Under the pieces are notes generated by a model, which was given only the letters and a program-made list of their open reading frames with translations, had not been told where the DNA came from and did no database searches. Both the position numbers and the translations under genes were made by a program. A stretch of DNA of 54,874 bases. It comes from an uncultured bacterium. Its GTDB lineage: Bacteria > Patescibacteriota > Patescibacteriia > Patescibacteriales > SZUA-104. Shown piece after piece: positions 1 through 7,572 of the stretch. Location: contig CAJVWV010000001.1 in the NCBI GenBank assembly GCA_913009695.1, positions 1-54,874 of the forward strand, in the 5' to 3' direction. The stretch's first letter is position 1, and each line of letters begins with the position of its first letter.

Positions 1-948
1 AACTATTTGCCTTTTTGCAATATCCTGACTTGGATTGTGAGCAAAATCAGTGATACTAAGTAACCTTAAATTTAAATAAGGCATACTTAATTCACATTTA
101 CGTACAATTTCTTTTATTCTTACTCGAACATCTTCATCGCTTAAATCAAGGTTAAAATTGGCCCAAGGTTTCTTTTTCCAATTTTTCCCTCCGACTTGAT
201 CCAAGGCGACGTCCTCTATCTCAGTGTTATCACAAACAATCCAGATATGACGTACCCCAAGAATGTAATGCCACTTTATCCATTCTTCTAAATGGTCTAA
301 CTCCATTCTGGGCAAAATCATTGTAGCAAGAGCTAAAGTGTCTCGCTTCATTCTCACGTTATAAATCTCTGGCTTATCAGGAGGACGTTTCTGATCCGGA
401 AAATCTCTGTTTGGTATCGCTTTTCCTAAAAAGGGACACAGCTTTCCCCATCCGTCTCCACCAACAATATCCATTTCTAAAAATTGATTTGGCATCGTTG
501 AAAAAAAATCTCTAACTGATTGATTATGAGACAAAAAAGCATTAAGAAGGTTATCATCACCCTCCTGACCCGTAATCCATCCATCCAAAATCAATGATCC
601 ATATAGCTGAGCTGAATAATTTGTAACATCTCTTGAACGCATTTTAATCATGTGTCGTCTCATCGATTTCAACCAAGAACGCTCATCTCTGGTTGTAAGT
701 ATGAATTTTGCGTTTGGAAATCTCTTAGTGTACTCCTTGTAGTGTAGAAGTGGTAAAATCATGTCTATAACAGCGTCACTTAATTCAAGCAACCTACTCA
801 CCTTAGCTCCAGTTAATACTTCCGCTGCCGTTGCTTCGTCAGGAGCCCAATGGAAACAGCTACATCCAAGAATTTCCAATGCTTCAGTGAGAGATTTTGT
901 TGCAGTACGACCAATTCCAATACCAAATATCTTGTCTTGTCTTTTCAT
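1..948 (-). CDS. Partial CDS (3' end beyond window): sulfotransferase-like N-terminal domain fused to a glycosyltransferase-like domain
   Basis: Absent from the ORF track because it is open to position 1. Own translation from ATG 948: MKRQDKIFGIGIGRTATKSLTEALEILGC...GWGKLCPFLGKAIP (PAPS-loop-like GxGRTxT and a C-terminal motif typical of Sulfotransfer_4 proteins). It continues without a stop into ...LDHLEEWIKWHYILGVRHIWIVCDNTE... (GT92/GT2_4-like). AAGGAG at 955-960 (minus), 6 nt upstream of the ATG. Confidence 0.55.
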   Translation of the reverse strand, partial: MKRQDKIFGIGIGRTATKSLTEALEILGCSCFHWAPDEATAAEVLTGAKVSRLLELSDAVIDMILPLLHYKEYTKRFPNAKFILTTRDERSWLKSMRRHMIKMRSRDVTNYSAQLYGSLILDGWITGQEGDDNLLNAFLSHNQSVRDFFSTMPNQFLEMDIVGGDGWGKLCPFLGKAIPNRDFPDQKRPPDKPEIYNVRMKRDTLALATMILPRMELDHLEEWIKWHYILGVRHIWIVCDNTEIEDVALDQVGGKNWKKKPWANFNLDLSDEDVRVRIKEIVRKCELSMPYLNLRLLSITDFAHNPSQDIAKRQIV

Positions 949-1086
949 TAATTACTCCTTTCGATTTAAGATTAATAAATACATCTTGTTGTAACGAACA
1001 TATTAAAATTATTTAACAGTAAATAATAATATATATATTGATTTTTGTCAACTAACGAAAAAATTCAGACATCTATTCTAGATACC

Positions 1087-1118
1087 AAAAAACACCCATG
1101 AATGAACTGGGCGTTTTT
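1087..1118 (-). terminator. Hairpin flanked by A- and T-runs, ~120 nt downstream of tRNA-Asn (bidirectional-looking intrinsic terminator)
   Basis: aaaaaACACCCAtgaatgaacTGGGCGTttttt: 7-bp stem with one mismatch, 9-nt loop, U-run available on both strands. Confidence 0.45.
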
Positions 1119-1238
1119 CTCAGCTCCATGTCGGTATAGAACCCACATTAAGCAATGCTTTAAGGCTTTTTACCATTTACCACTTTTTGACGCATGTCGG
1201 TCAGTGCGTTTTATAAGGAGTTTTGAAGCATTCCGATT

Positions 1239-1313
1239 TGGCTCCCGGGGTCGGATTCGAACCGACGACCAATTGGTTAACAGCCAACTGCGCTACCGCT
1301 GCGCTACCCGGGA
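1239..1313 (-). tRNA. tRNA-Asn (anticodon GTT), CCA encoded
   Basis: Minus-strand read TCCCGGGTAGCGCAGCGGTAGCGCAGTTGGCTGTTAACCAATTGGTCGTCGGTTCGAATCCGACCCCGGGAGCCA. It has a 7-bp acceptor stem, GCGC D-stem, CT-GTT-AA anticodon loop and GTCGG/CCGAC T-stem with a TTCGAAT loop. Confidence 0.9.
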
Positions 1314-1317
1314 AGGT

Positions 1318-1380
1318 AAATTAATTTTCAATTTTCAATTTTTAAACAATTTTTAATTACTAATTTTTAATTTTTTATTT
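1318..1380. repeat. AT-rich heptamer-periodic repeat (ATTTTCA)n-AAACAATT..., intergenic copy
   Basis: aattttcaattttcaatttttaaacaatttttaattactaatttttaatttttt; about 40 nt are closely similar to the reverse complement of 22427-22492, which lies inside pilD. Confidence 0.7.
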
Positions 1381-1391
1381 ATTTTATAAAC

Positions 1392-1410
1392 AAAAAATGC
1401 CTTAAAGGCA
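1392..1410 (-). terminator. Intrinsic terminator after rpoD
   Basis: On the minus strand GTGCCTTTAAGGCAT is followed by TTTTTTG; it lies ~75 nt downstream of the rpoD stop. Confidence 0.55.
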
Positions 1411-1485
1411 CAAAAATATATTAAATCAAAAACAACAAAATGTCAACCTCTTTGTTATGTGTTACGTGTTTCATGTTACATGGGC

Positions 1486-2802
1486 TTAATAATCACGCAA
1501 TTTATTAATTCCTTTATATTTTTTGATTCGCTCTAATGCTTTTGCTTCAATCTGCCTAATACGTTCACGGGTTACGTCAAACTCTCTGCCTACTTCTTCT
1601 AAAGTATGGGCTATACCGTTATTTAAACCAAACCGCATTTCCAATATTTTCTGCTCTCTTGGTGATAATTGCCCTACAACTTCCTGCACATAATCCTTTA
1701 ATAATTCTAAAGCCGCTACCCTATCAGGCGTTACACTCTTAACATCCTCAATAAAATCTTCAAGCGTTGAATCTTCTTCATCTTCTCCAACTGAAGTTTC
1801 TAATGATATTGTGTCTTGGGAAATTTTAATAACATGCCCGACCTTATCAATATCAAGCCCCATTTCCGCGGCAATCTCTTCGGGCATAGGTTCGCGGCCA
1901 AGGTCTTGGATTAAAAGCCTTTGAACCTGCTGGAACTTGTTTATCGTTTCTACCATGTGCACCGGAATACGAATCGTACGCGATTGGTCGGCTAGGGCGC
2001 GAGTAATAGCCTGCCTAATCCACCAAGTCGCGTATGTTGAAAATTTATAACCCTTTCTATATTCAAATTTTTCTACCGCCCTGAACAAACCGATATTCCC
2101 TTCCTGAATTAAATCCAAAAGGCTCATGCCCTTAGCGCCTGAAAATTTCTTTGCTACTGAAACAACAAGGCGCAAATTCGCTTCAATAAGCTGCCGCTCC
2201 GCTTCTTTATCGCCTTTTTCTTTTCTTTTAGCTAACTCAACTTCTTCTTCTCTTTTTAAAAGAGGCACCTTTCCAATTTCTTTTAAATACATCTGAATTG
2301 AATCAGAGCTTAAATCAGGTATTTCAGTTTTCTTTTTCTCTTTTACTTTTGCTTTTGAAGAGGGCTTGCCATCTTTTTCCTCATCCAGAATCGGAACGCT
2401 TAAAAATTCTCCGGTATCTTCAATAATCCGTATTCCATTTTGTTGTAAATCCTCAAGCAATAATTCATAGTCAAAAGTATATTCTTCAATTTCAGGGAAA
2501 ACATGTAGCAACTCCGTTTCGGTAACAAAAGTACGCTGCTTGCCTTTAGAAAGCAAAATTTCAATTTGTTCTCTGGTCGGTTTAACTATTTCTCGTTTTT
2601 CAACTACTTTTTTTAGACGGACAAATTTCTTTTTAAACTTTTTTTTCACAGGCGCTTTCTTGTCCGATTTCCTTACTGCTTTTTTAAGATTTTTTTTCAC
2701 AGGCGCTTTCTCGGATTTTTTTGCAACAAAAAACTTGGTTGTTTTCTTTACAACTTTCTTTACGGCTTTTCTTTTTTTAATAGTAATTTTTTTCTTAACC
2801 AT
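1486..2802 (-). CDS. rpoD: RNA polymerase primary-type sigma-70 factor with Lys-rich N-terminal extension
   Basis: 438-aa ORF with sigma-70 regions 1.2-4.2 ([16 protein letters not shown]; region 4.2 [23 protein letters not shown]). The start abuts the dnaG stop (2802/2803), the classical dnaG-rpoD arrangement. Confidence 0.95.
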   Translation of the reverse strand: MVKKKITIKKRKAVKKVVKKTTKFFVAKKSEKAPVKKNLKKAVRKSDKKAPVKKKFKKKFVRLKKVVEKREIVKPTREQIEILLSKGKQRTFVTETELLHVFPEIEEYTFDYELLLEDLQQNGIRIIEDTGEFLSVPILDEEKDGKPSSKAKVKEKKKTEIPDLSSDSIQMYLKEIGKVPLLKREEEVELAKRKEKGDKEAERQLIEANLRLVVSVAKKFSGAKGMSLLDLIQEGNIGLFRAVEKFEYRKGYKFSTYATWWIRQAITRALADQSRTIRIPVHMVETINKFQQVQRLLIQDLGREPMPEEIAAEMGLDIDKVGHVIKISQDTISLETSVGEDEEDSTLEDFIEDVKSVTPDRVAALELLKDYVQEVVGQLSPREQKILEMRFGLNNGIAHTLEEVGREFDVTRERIRQIEAKALERIKKYKGINKLRDY

Positions 2803-4740
2803 TTAATTAGTGATTTCTTGTATTTCGTCAGTTAATGCTTTAAATTTTTCCATTAACCCTTTTATGCCTTCCTCGTCCCCGGCTTCCTCGGCCTGTGCGA
2901 TTAATCTATTAACTTCTTTTCTTTTATTTACTAAATAATTTTTTTTTAATTCAATAATTATTTTGATAATCTCGTTTTTGGCTCCTTCAATTCCAAGTTC
3001 AAAAAAATCCTTATCACCTAAAAGAACCAGCTTTTCCAACAACTTAAGCTGGTCTCCTGTGTCTTCCTTGTCTTCAAACTGGCCTTCGCCATGATCTCCA
3101 TTAATATTTTGCAATTCCTCTAACCACGGTCTAAACCCCTCATAGCTTACTTGCGGGGGTCTTGTTTGTTCTCCTCTATCTTGAGTCCAATTATCAATAA
3201 GGTTATTATAATAAATTACAAGATTTTTGTAAAGGCTTTTGTTGCCGTCACCAATAACTTGATCTGGATGAATATGATTTATGGCGTATTCAATTAAATC
3301 AGGGAACTTCATTAATAAAGAGACAAACAATTCCGACAACATATCTTCTCTGGAACTTTTAATTTGTCTTACCTCCTTTTTTTCGTTAGAAACATTTTCA
3401 TATTTTCTTGTTTTTGGAGCTTTTTGTAATTTTTGCAAAGTTTCACGCAAGACGTCCTCTCTGACATCAATAGTTTGGCTTAGTTTTTTTAACCAAAAAT
3501 CCTGTTCAATTTTATTGCCTAATCTAAAAAGTATCGGCAATAGTTCTCTGACCGCTTTTCTCTTGTTTTCAACCTGATCTAAATCTAAATTAAAAAAAAT
3601 TTTATCAAAATAATATTCCATGATTGGCTTTGCGTCTTTCACGGCCTCTTCCCACCCTTCTTTATTGTTTTTAATGCATTCGTCAGGATCTTTTCCTTCA
3701 GGGATTAAAACTATTTTTGTATTCATCTCAGCGGACATTGCCTCTTTAATCCCTCTTTCAGCTGCTATCTCTCCTGCTTTATCCATATCAAAAGCCAAAA
3801 AAATATTACTAGAATAACGTTTTAATAAATCTACTTGTTTTTTTTGTAATTCTGCTTGTGTCTTATCCCTGTCCCCTTCACTCGTAAGAGCAGTGCCCGA
3901 TGAAGCTACTACATTTTTATATCCATTTTGGTGAGCAGTGATAACATCCATTTGTCCCTCAACTATAATCATTGAATCTTTCTTTTTAATCTCTCTCTTA
4001 GCTTTATCTAGTCCGAATATAATGCCGCTTTTATCGTAAATTATTGTCTGCGGACTATTAATATATTTTCCCATTTTTTCGTTTTCTTCGTTTTCAGGAG
4101 AAACACGCGCTGAAAAAGCAACCGTATTTCCGTTCACGTCTCCAATTGGAAACATAATACGTCCCCTAAACCGATTATAAAATCTTCCAGCTCCCTCTTT
4201 TTTAACGGACATACCGGCTGAAAATATTTCATTTTCTTTATATCCTTTTTTAATTAATAAATTTATTAAATCGTCCCACGAATCAGGGCTATATCCAATC
4301 TGCCATTCATCAATCGTCTCTTCGGTTAATCCCCTTTCGGCTAAATACTTGCGCGCCGATTCGGCCTTTTGACTTTCCAGTAAAATTTTATGGTAATAAT
4401 TTTTAGAAAATTCCACGACATCAAGAAACCGATTTCTTTGCGAAGTTAATCGCGGATCCTGCCTTTTTAAAGTTACGCCGGCCTTAGGCGCTAAGTTTCG
4501 CAACGCGTCAATAAATCCAATTCCGTCCATCTCCATGACAAAAGAAAAAATATCTCCACCCTTTGAACATCCGAAACAATGCCAAATTTGTTTTTCCGGA
4601 CTAACAACAAACGATGGTGACTTTTCACGATGGAACGGGCAAAGCGCGCGAAAATTCACCCCAGCCGGCTTAAGCGGGATGTATTCACGGATTACATCAA
4701 CAATATCCAATTTAGATTTTATTTCATCAGACTGTGTCAT
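2803..4740 (-). CDS. dnaG: DNA primase
   Basis: 645 aa; CHC2 zinc finger CPFHREKSPSFVVSPEKQIWHCFGC and TOPRIM motifs (IIVEGQMDV, FDMDKAG). Confidence 0.95.
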   Translation of the reverse strand: MTQSDEIKSKLDIVDVIREYIPLKPAGVNFRALCPFHREKSPSFVVSPEKQIWHCFGCSKGGDIFSFVMEMDGIGFIDALRNLAPKAGVTLKRQDPRLTSQRNRFLDVVEFSKNYYHKILLESQKAESARKYLAERGLTEETIDEWQIGYSPDSWDDLINLLIKKGYKENEIFSAGMSVKKEGAGRFYNRFRGRIMFPIGDVNGNTVAFSARVSPENEENEKMGKYINSPQTIIYDKSGIIFGLDKAKREIKKKDSMIIVEGQMDVITAHQNGYKNVVASSGTALTSEGDRDKTQAELQKKQVDLLKRYSSNIFLAFDMDKAGEIAAERGIKEAMSAEMNTKIVLIPEGKDPDECIKNNKEGWEEAVKDAKPIMEYYFDKIFFNLDLDQVENKRKAVRELLPILFRLGNKIEQDFWLKKLSQTIDVREDVLRETLQKLQKAPKTRKYENVSNEKKEVRQIKSSREDMLSELFVSLLMKFPDLIEYAINHIHPDQVIGDGNKSLYKNLVIYYNNLIDNWTQDRGEQTRPPQVSYEGFRPWLEELQNINGDHGEGQFEDKEDTGDQLKLLEKLVLLGDKDFFELGIEGAKNEIIKIIIELKKNYLVNKRKEVNRLIAQAEEAGDEEGIKGLMEKFKALTDEIQEITN

Positions 4741-4756
4741 AAATTTAAATTAAAAA

Positions 4757-4853
4757 TGCCAAAACTCAAATGACAAATAAAATTCAAATTTCAAATGCTT
4801 AAATTTTAACATTAAGTCATTTGGATTTGATTTGATATTTGGATTTTGTCATT
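4757..4853. repeat. AT-rich imperfect palindrome between dnaG and the next gene
   Basis: Left arm aaatgacaaataaaattcaaatttcaaatg and right arm catttggatttgatttgatatttggattttgtcattt are imperfect reverse complements built of ~7-nt units. Confidence 0.5.
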
Positions 4854-5314
4854 TAAAAATTAAATAGCTTTTTCCACCAACTTTTCTTTTTTAAAAGTTT
4901 CGCGTTTTTATCATATTTTCTGTTCCCGTCAATACTATTTATAATATCACCCTTTTCTTCCTCTCCTTGATAAGGAGAGGACTGAAGTGGGGTTGATAGT
5001 CCTTTTAATCTTTCTATCTCATTTTCGACCACTTCTCCTCCATGCTCAGCGTTATGCATGCGCGTACCCTGATAACTCGGCTGTTTCTGGTCTAAATGAA
5101 GATCAAACACGATTTTATCACCTTGCTCCATGACATACATATGAAGTTTTGGAAAAATACCCTGTCCTAAGCGCCTTGAAAAACTTTCCTTTCCGCTTCT
5201 GCGATCACGAAAATAACCATATCCAGCTCTTCTCAAGAACTGCTCTGGCGCCATATTTAATTGATTTATATTTAATATTAGCTTCATAGCCAGGTTAGCG
5301 GACTGTTTGTCCAC
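4853..5314 (-). CDS. Hypothetical protein (no family recognised); true start probably ATG 5287
   Basis: 153-aa ORF. The first 9 codons overlap a complex palindromic structure, and the internal Met10 (MKLILNINQL...) is the more likely start. It contains a diverged palindromic mini-element at 4957-4996. Confidence 0.55.
   Translation of the reverse strand: MDKQSANLAMKLILNINQLNMAPEQFLRRAGYGYFRDRRSGKESFSRRLGQGIFPKLHMYVMEQGDKIVFDLHLDQKQPSYQGTRMHNAEHGGEVVENEIERLKGLSTPLQSSPYQGEEEKGDIINSIDGNRKYDKNAKLLKKKSWWKKLFNF
4957..4996 (+). repeat. Diverged copy of the palindrome + G-tail mini-element (family 1) inside a CDS
   Basis: CCTCTCCTT-gat-AAGGAGAGG followed by actgaagtGGGGTTGA; compare 14995-15030, 17515-17550, 45526-45561. 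Confidence 0.6.
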
Positions 5315-5406
5315 ACAAATTTCAAAGAAATTTGTAGGTGGACGGACAGTTTGCGGTTTTATTTGTAAACTGTCCGTTCGCTCCGCTCACAAACAGTCCA
5401 CAAATG
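5298..5406. other. Nested inverted repeats that could fold as a three-way junction (DNA cruciform or structured RNA)
   Basis: Outer pair GGACTGTTTGT (5300-5310) / ACAAACAGTCC (5389-5399). Inner hairpins are CCACACAAATTTC-aaa-GAAATTTGTAGGTGG and GGACGGACAGTTT...AAACTGTCCGTTC. Confidence 0.45.
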
Positions 5407-5587
5407 CGTTATTTTATTGGCTTGAATTCATGTTTATATCATAATCTAATTTTATGTTTCAGTCAAAATATTACAACTTACTGTTACAATTGCAGCAATT
5501 TATGCTAAAATAGGATTAGACGCGCCACTACGAATTGTGCACATGCGAATTATAATAAATTTGGTTAAACCCTGAATCTTATTTCCT

Positions 5588-6340
5588 ATGAACACAATCT
5601 ACTTTTACACAATTCTAAGTACAGTCATAATTTCCCTATTGTCTTTTGTGGGCGCCTTAGTTTTATCTTTAGACAAAGAAAAGCTGAAAAAAATTACTGC
5701 ATTTCTGGTTGGCTTATCGGCTGGCGCTTTGCTCGGCGAAAGTTTTTTACATCTAATGCCGGAAGCGATTGAGAATAATGGCGCTAATACTTTTATTTGG
5801 CTTTGGCTGCTTGGCGGGATTATAATATTTTTTATTTTAGAGAAAATAATTTTATGGCATCATTGCCATACGCCTGATTGCGAAGCACATAAGCACCCAT
5901 TAGGGAAAATGAACCTATTCGGCGACGGACTTCATAATTTTATAGACGGGCTTATTATTGCCGGCGCGTTTCTAGTTAGCGTACCGCTAGGTATCGCGAC
6001 CACTATTGCAATCATTGCCCATGAAATACCGCAAGAAATGAGCGACTTCGGCATCCTTATTTATTCCGGCTACTCAAGAGCAAAAGCGCTTCTTTTAAAT
6101 TTCCTTTCGGCCGCCGTTTCAATTATCGGCGCTGTTGTCGGACTTTTACTTGGCGCTCAAATGGAAAGTTTTATCACCTACATAATCCCCTTTACGGCAG
6201 GCGGATTTATTTATATAGCGACCGCTGATATTATCCCTGAACTGCACAAAGAAACGAACATCTCAAAATCCCTAAAACAGCTATTAAGCATCTTACTCGG
6301 AATCGGAATAATGTGGGGGTTAAAGGTGTTTTTTGAATAA
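5588..6340 (+). CDS. ZIP-family divalent metal (zinc) transporter
   Basis: 250 aa, multi-TM, HEIPQEMSDFGIL motif, His/Cys-rich loop HHCHTPDCEAHKH. Confidence 0.85.
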   Translation: MNTIYFYTILSTVIISLLSFVGALVLSLDKEKLKKITAFLVGLSAGALLGESFLHLMPEAIENNGANTFIWLWLLGGIIIFFILEKIILWHHCHTPDCEAHKHPLGKMNLFGDGLHNFIDGLIIAGAFLVSVPLGIATTIAIIAHEIPQEMSDFGILIYSGYSRAKALLLNFLSAAVSIIGAVVGLLLGAQMESFITYIIPFTAGGFIYIATADIIPELHKETNISKSLKQLLSILLGIGIMWGLKVFFE

Positions 6341-6345
6341 CAAAA

Positions 6346-6404
6346 AGAGATCCAATCTCCAAATTTGCGAATGCAAATTTGGAGATTGGATCTCTTGCGG
6401 TTTT
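6346..6404 (+). terminator. Strong intrinsic terminator after the ZIP gene
   Basis: Perfect 23-bp stem AGAGATCCAATCTCCAAATTTGC / GCAAATTTGGAGATTGGATCTCT with a 4-nt loop, followed by tgcggTTTT. Confidence 0.8.
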
Positions 6405-6494
6405 ATATCGCTTCACCGTTCAAAGCGAGCAATGTTTGACAAGTGATAAATAGTTGTGTACACTTAAGAAACACATTAATATTAATAAAAATAT

Positions 6495-6743
6495 ATGACC
6501 ACCAAGCTTATAGGCGTTAGAGAATTTCGCCAAAATATGGCAGATCTGTATAAAAAAGCAAGAAAAAATAATTGGCAATTTGTAGTTTTAAATCGTAACC
6601 AACCTATTTTTAAAGTTGAAACTCTTAGTAAAAAGGATGCTGTAATTGAAAAACTCGCCATGGACATTAAGGAGGCCAGAGAAGACGTAAAAAAAGGCAG
6701 AGTTTATGATTTTGAAAAAATTTGCAATGAACTGGGTTTATGA
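6495..6743 (+). CDS. Type II antitoxin (Phd/YefM-like)
   Basis: 82 aa; overlaps the downstream toxin by 4 nt (ATGA); N-terminus LIGVREFRQNMADLYKKA is typical of Phd/YefM-type antitoxins. Confidence 0.7.
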   Translation: MTTKLIGVREFRQNMADLYKKARKNNWQFVVLNRNQPIFKVETLSKKDAVIEKLAMDIKEAREDVKKGRVYDFEKICNELGL

Positions 6744-7009
6744 AATATAAATTGCAATTAACTAAAAAAGCAAAAAATGATTTCCGAGCATTAGAAAGAG
6801 ATACTCAAAAAAAAATTGCTAAAAAATTAAAGTTTTATATTTCAAATAATAGTCCTCTAAAGCACGCTAAAAAGTTAAAAGACAATAGATTCGGGATGTA
6901 TAGATTTAGAATCGGAGATTACCGAGCTATTTTTGATATTGACAATCAGGGTAATATAACTATCCTTATTATTCTACGGATCAAACACAGAAGAAACGTT
7001 TATTTGTAA
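6740..7009 (+). CDS. RelE/ParE-family type II toxin
   Basis: 89 aa; ...NRFGMYRFRIGDYRAIFDIDNQGNITILIILRIKHRRNVY is the canonical RelE/StbE-like C-terminal signature. Confidence 0.85.
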   Translation: MKYKLQLTKKAKNDFRALERDTQKKIAKKLKFYISNNSPLKHAKKLKDNRFGMYRFRIGDYRAIFDIDNQGNITILIILRIKHRRNVYL

Positions 7010-7050
7010 TTTTTTTATTTTATACGGCTTGCCGCTCAAAGTTTTAAAAA

Positions 7051-7123
7051 TGCGGAAGGGAGAGGATTTACCCCTACGCTTCGCTTCGGGGCATAAACTT
7101 CTCATCCTCTCAATTATTTGCGG
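7051..7123 (+). repeat. 68-bp repeat unit carrying the 3' end of tRNA-Ser (distal copy, plus the first 5 nt of a second unit)
   Basis: tgcggaagggagaggatttacccctacgcttcgcttcggggcataaacttctcatcctctcaattatt is identical to the two tandem units at 13051-13186. gcggaagggagaggatt equals the complement of the tRNA-Ser 3' end (13188-13204). Confidence 0.9.
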
Positions 7124-7443
7124 TGCCTTTTGGACGAAATTAGAACTTATTTTGAAGAAAATCCGTCTGCGGATTTTTAAACCGCTAAATATTCGCCTCC
7201 TCCGCCAGCGGGCGGATAAGGCGTAATTATTATTTTAAGGGCAATTTTCAAAAAGGGGGCGGGCAAAAAGGAAACATCAATCTAAAAAAGAAACTCAAAA
7301 TTAAAAAAGTTTTTTACTTAAATTACGCTCCGCTCACCGCCGAAGGCAAAAAAAGGAAGGCTTTTCAAGCCTAAAGAAAATCGGTCAAAAAGGAAGGGGG
7401 GTCAGGGAGAGGAAATTTTTGTCCGATTTTTTTTAGGCTCATA

Positions 7444-7507
7444 CCCCGCTACGCGGGGCTTATTTGGGGCAATATTATTTTTCGTCCCAATAGTATTGGG
7501 ATGCCGT
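7444..7507 (+). repeat. Left copy of an inverted repeat pair (42 nt identical plus a homologous hairpin)
   Basis: ccccgctacgcggggcttatttggggcaatattatttttcgt matches the reverse complement of 12975-13016 exactly. The following hairpin tcccaatagtattggga corresponds to atcccgaagcttcgggat in the other copy. Confidence 0.85.
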
Positions 7508-7572
7508 CTAAAAATTTATATGATGACGGACTGGTTTTAATTTTTTTATATAATAGGTCGGTCTTTTAAGCT

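Noticed and set aside
761-994. 77-aa + strand ORF
   Set aside because: It lies antisense within the much longer minus-strand sulfotransferase-like ORF (1..948), which has an SD and recognisable motifs.
1102-1356. 84-aa ORF on the + strand
   Set aside because: It runs antisense across tRNA-Asn and its terminator region, so it is not coding.
5420-5587. Zur/Fur-type operator upstream of the ZIP transporter
   Set aside because: No convincing AT-rich palindrome of the Zur-box type was found. The partial symmetry around cgaattgtgcacatgcgaatt is limited to its ends.
7029-7226. ORF-track ORFs 7029..7226, 12866..13105, 13050..13385 and 13118..13324 encoding MRKGEDLPLRFASGHKLLILSIICG-type peptides
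   Set aside because: They are read-throughs of the 68-bp repeat units and of tRNA-Ser itself. They lack an SD, they overlap one another, and their identical peptides simply reflect DNA repeat identity.
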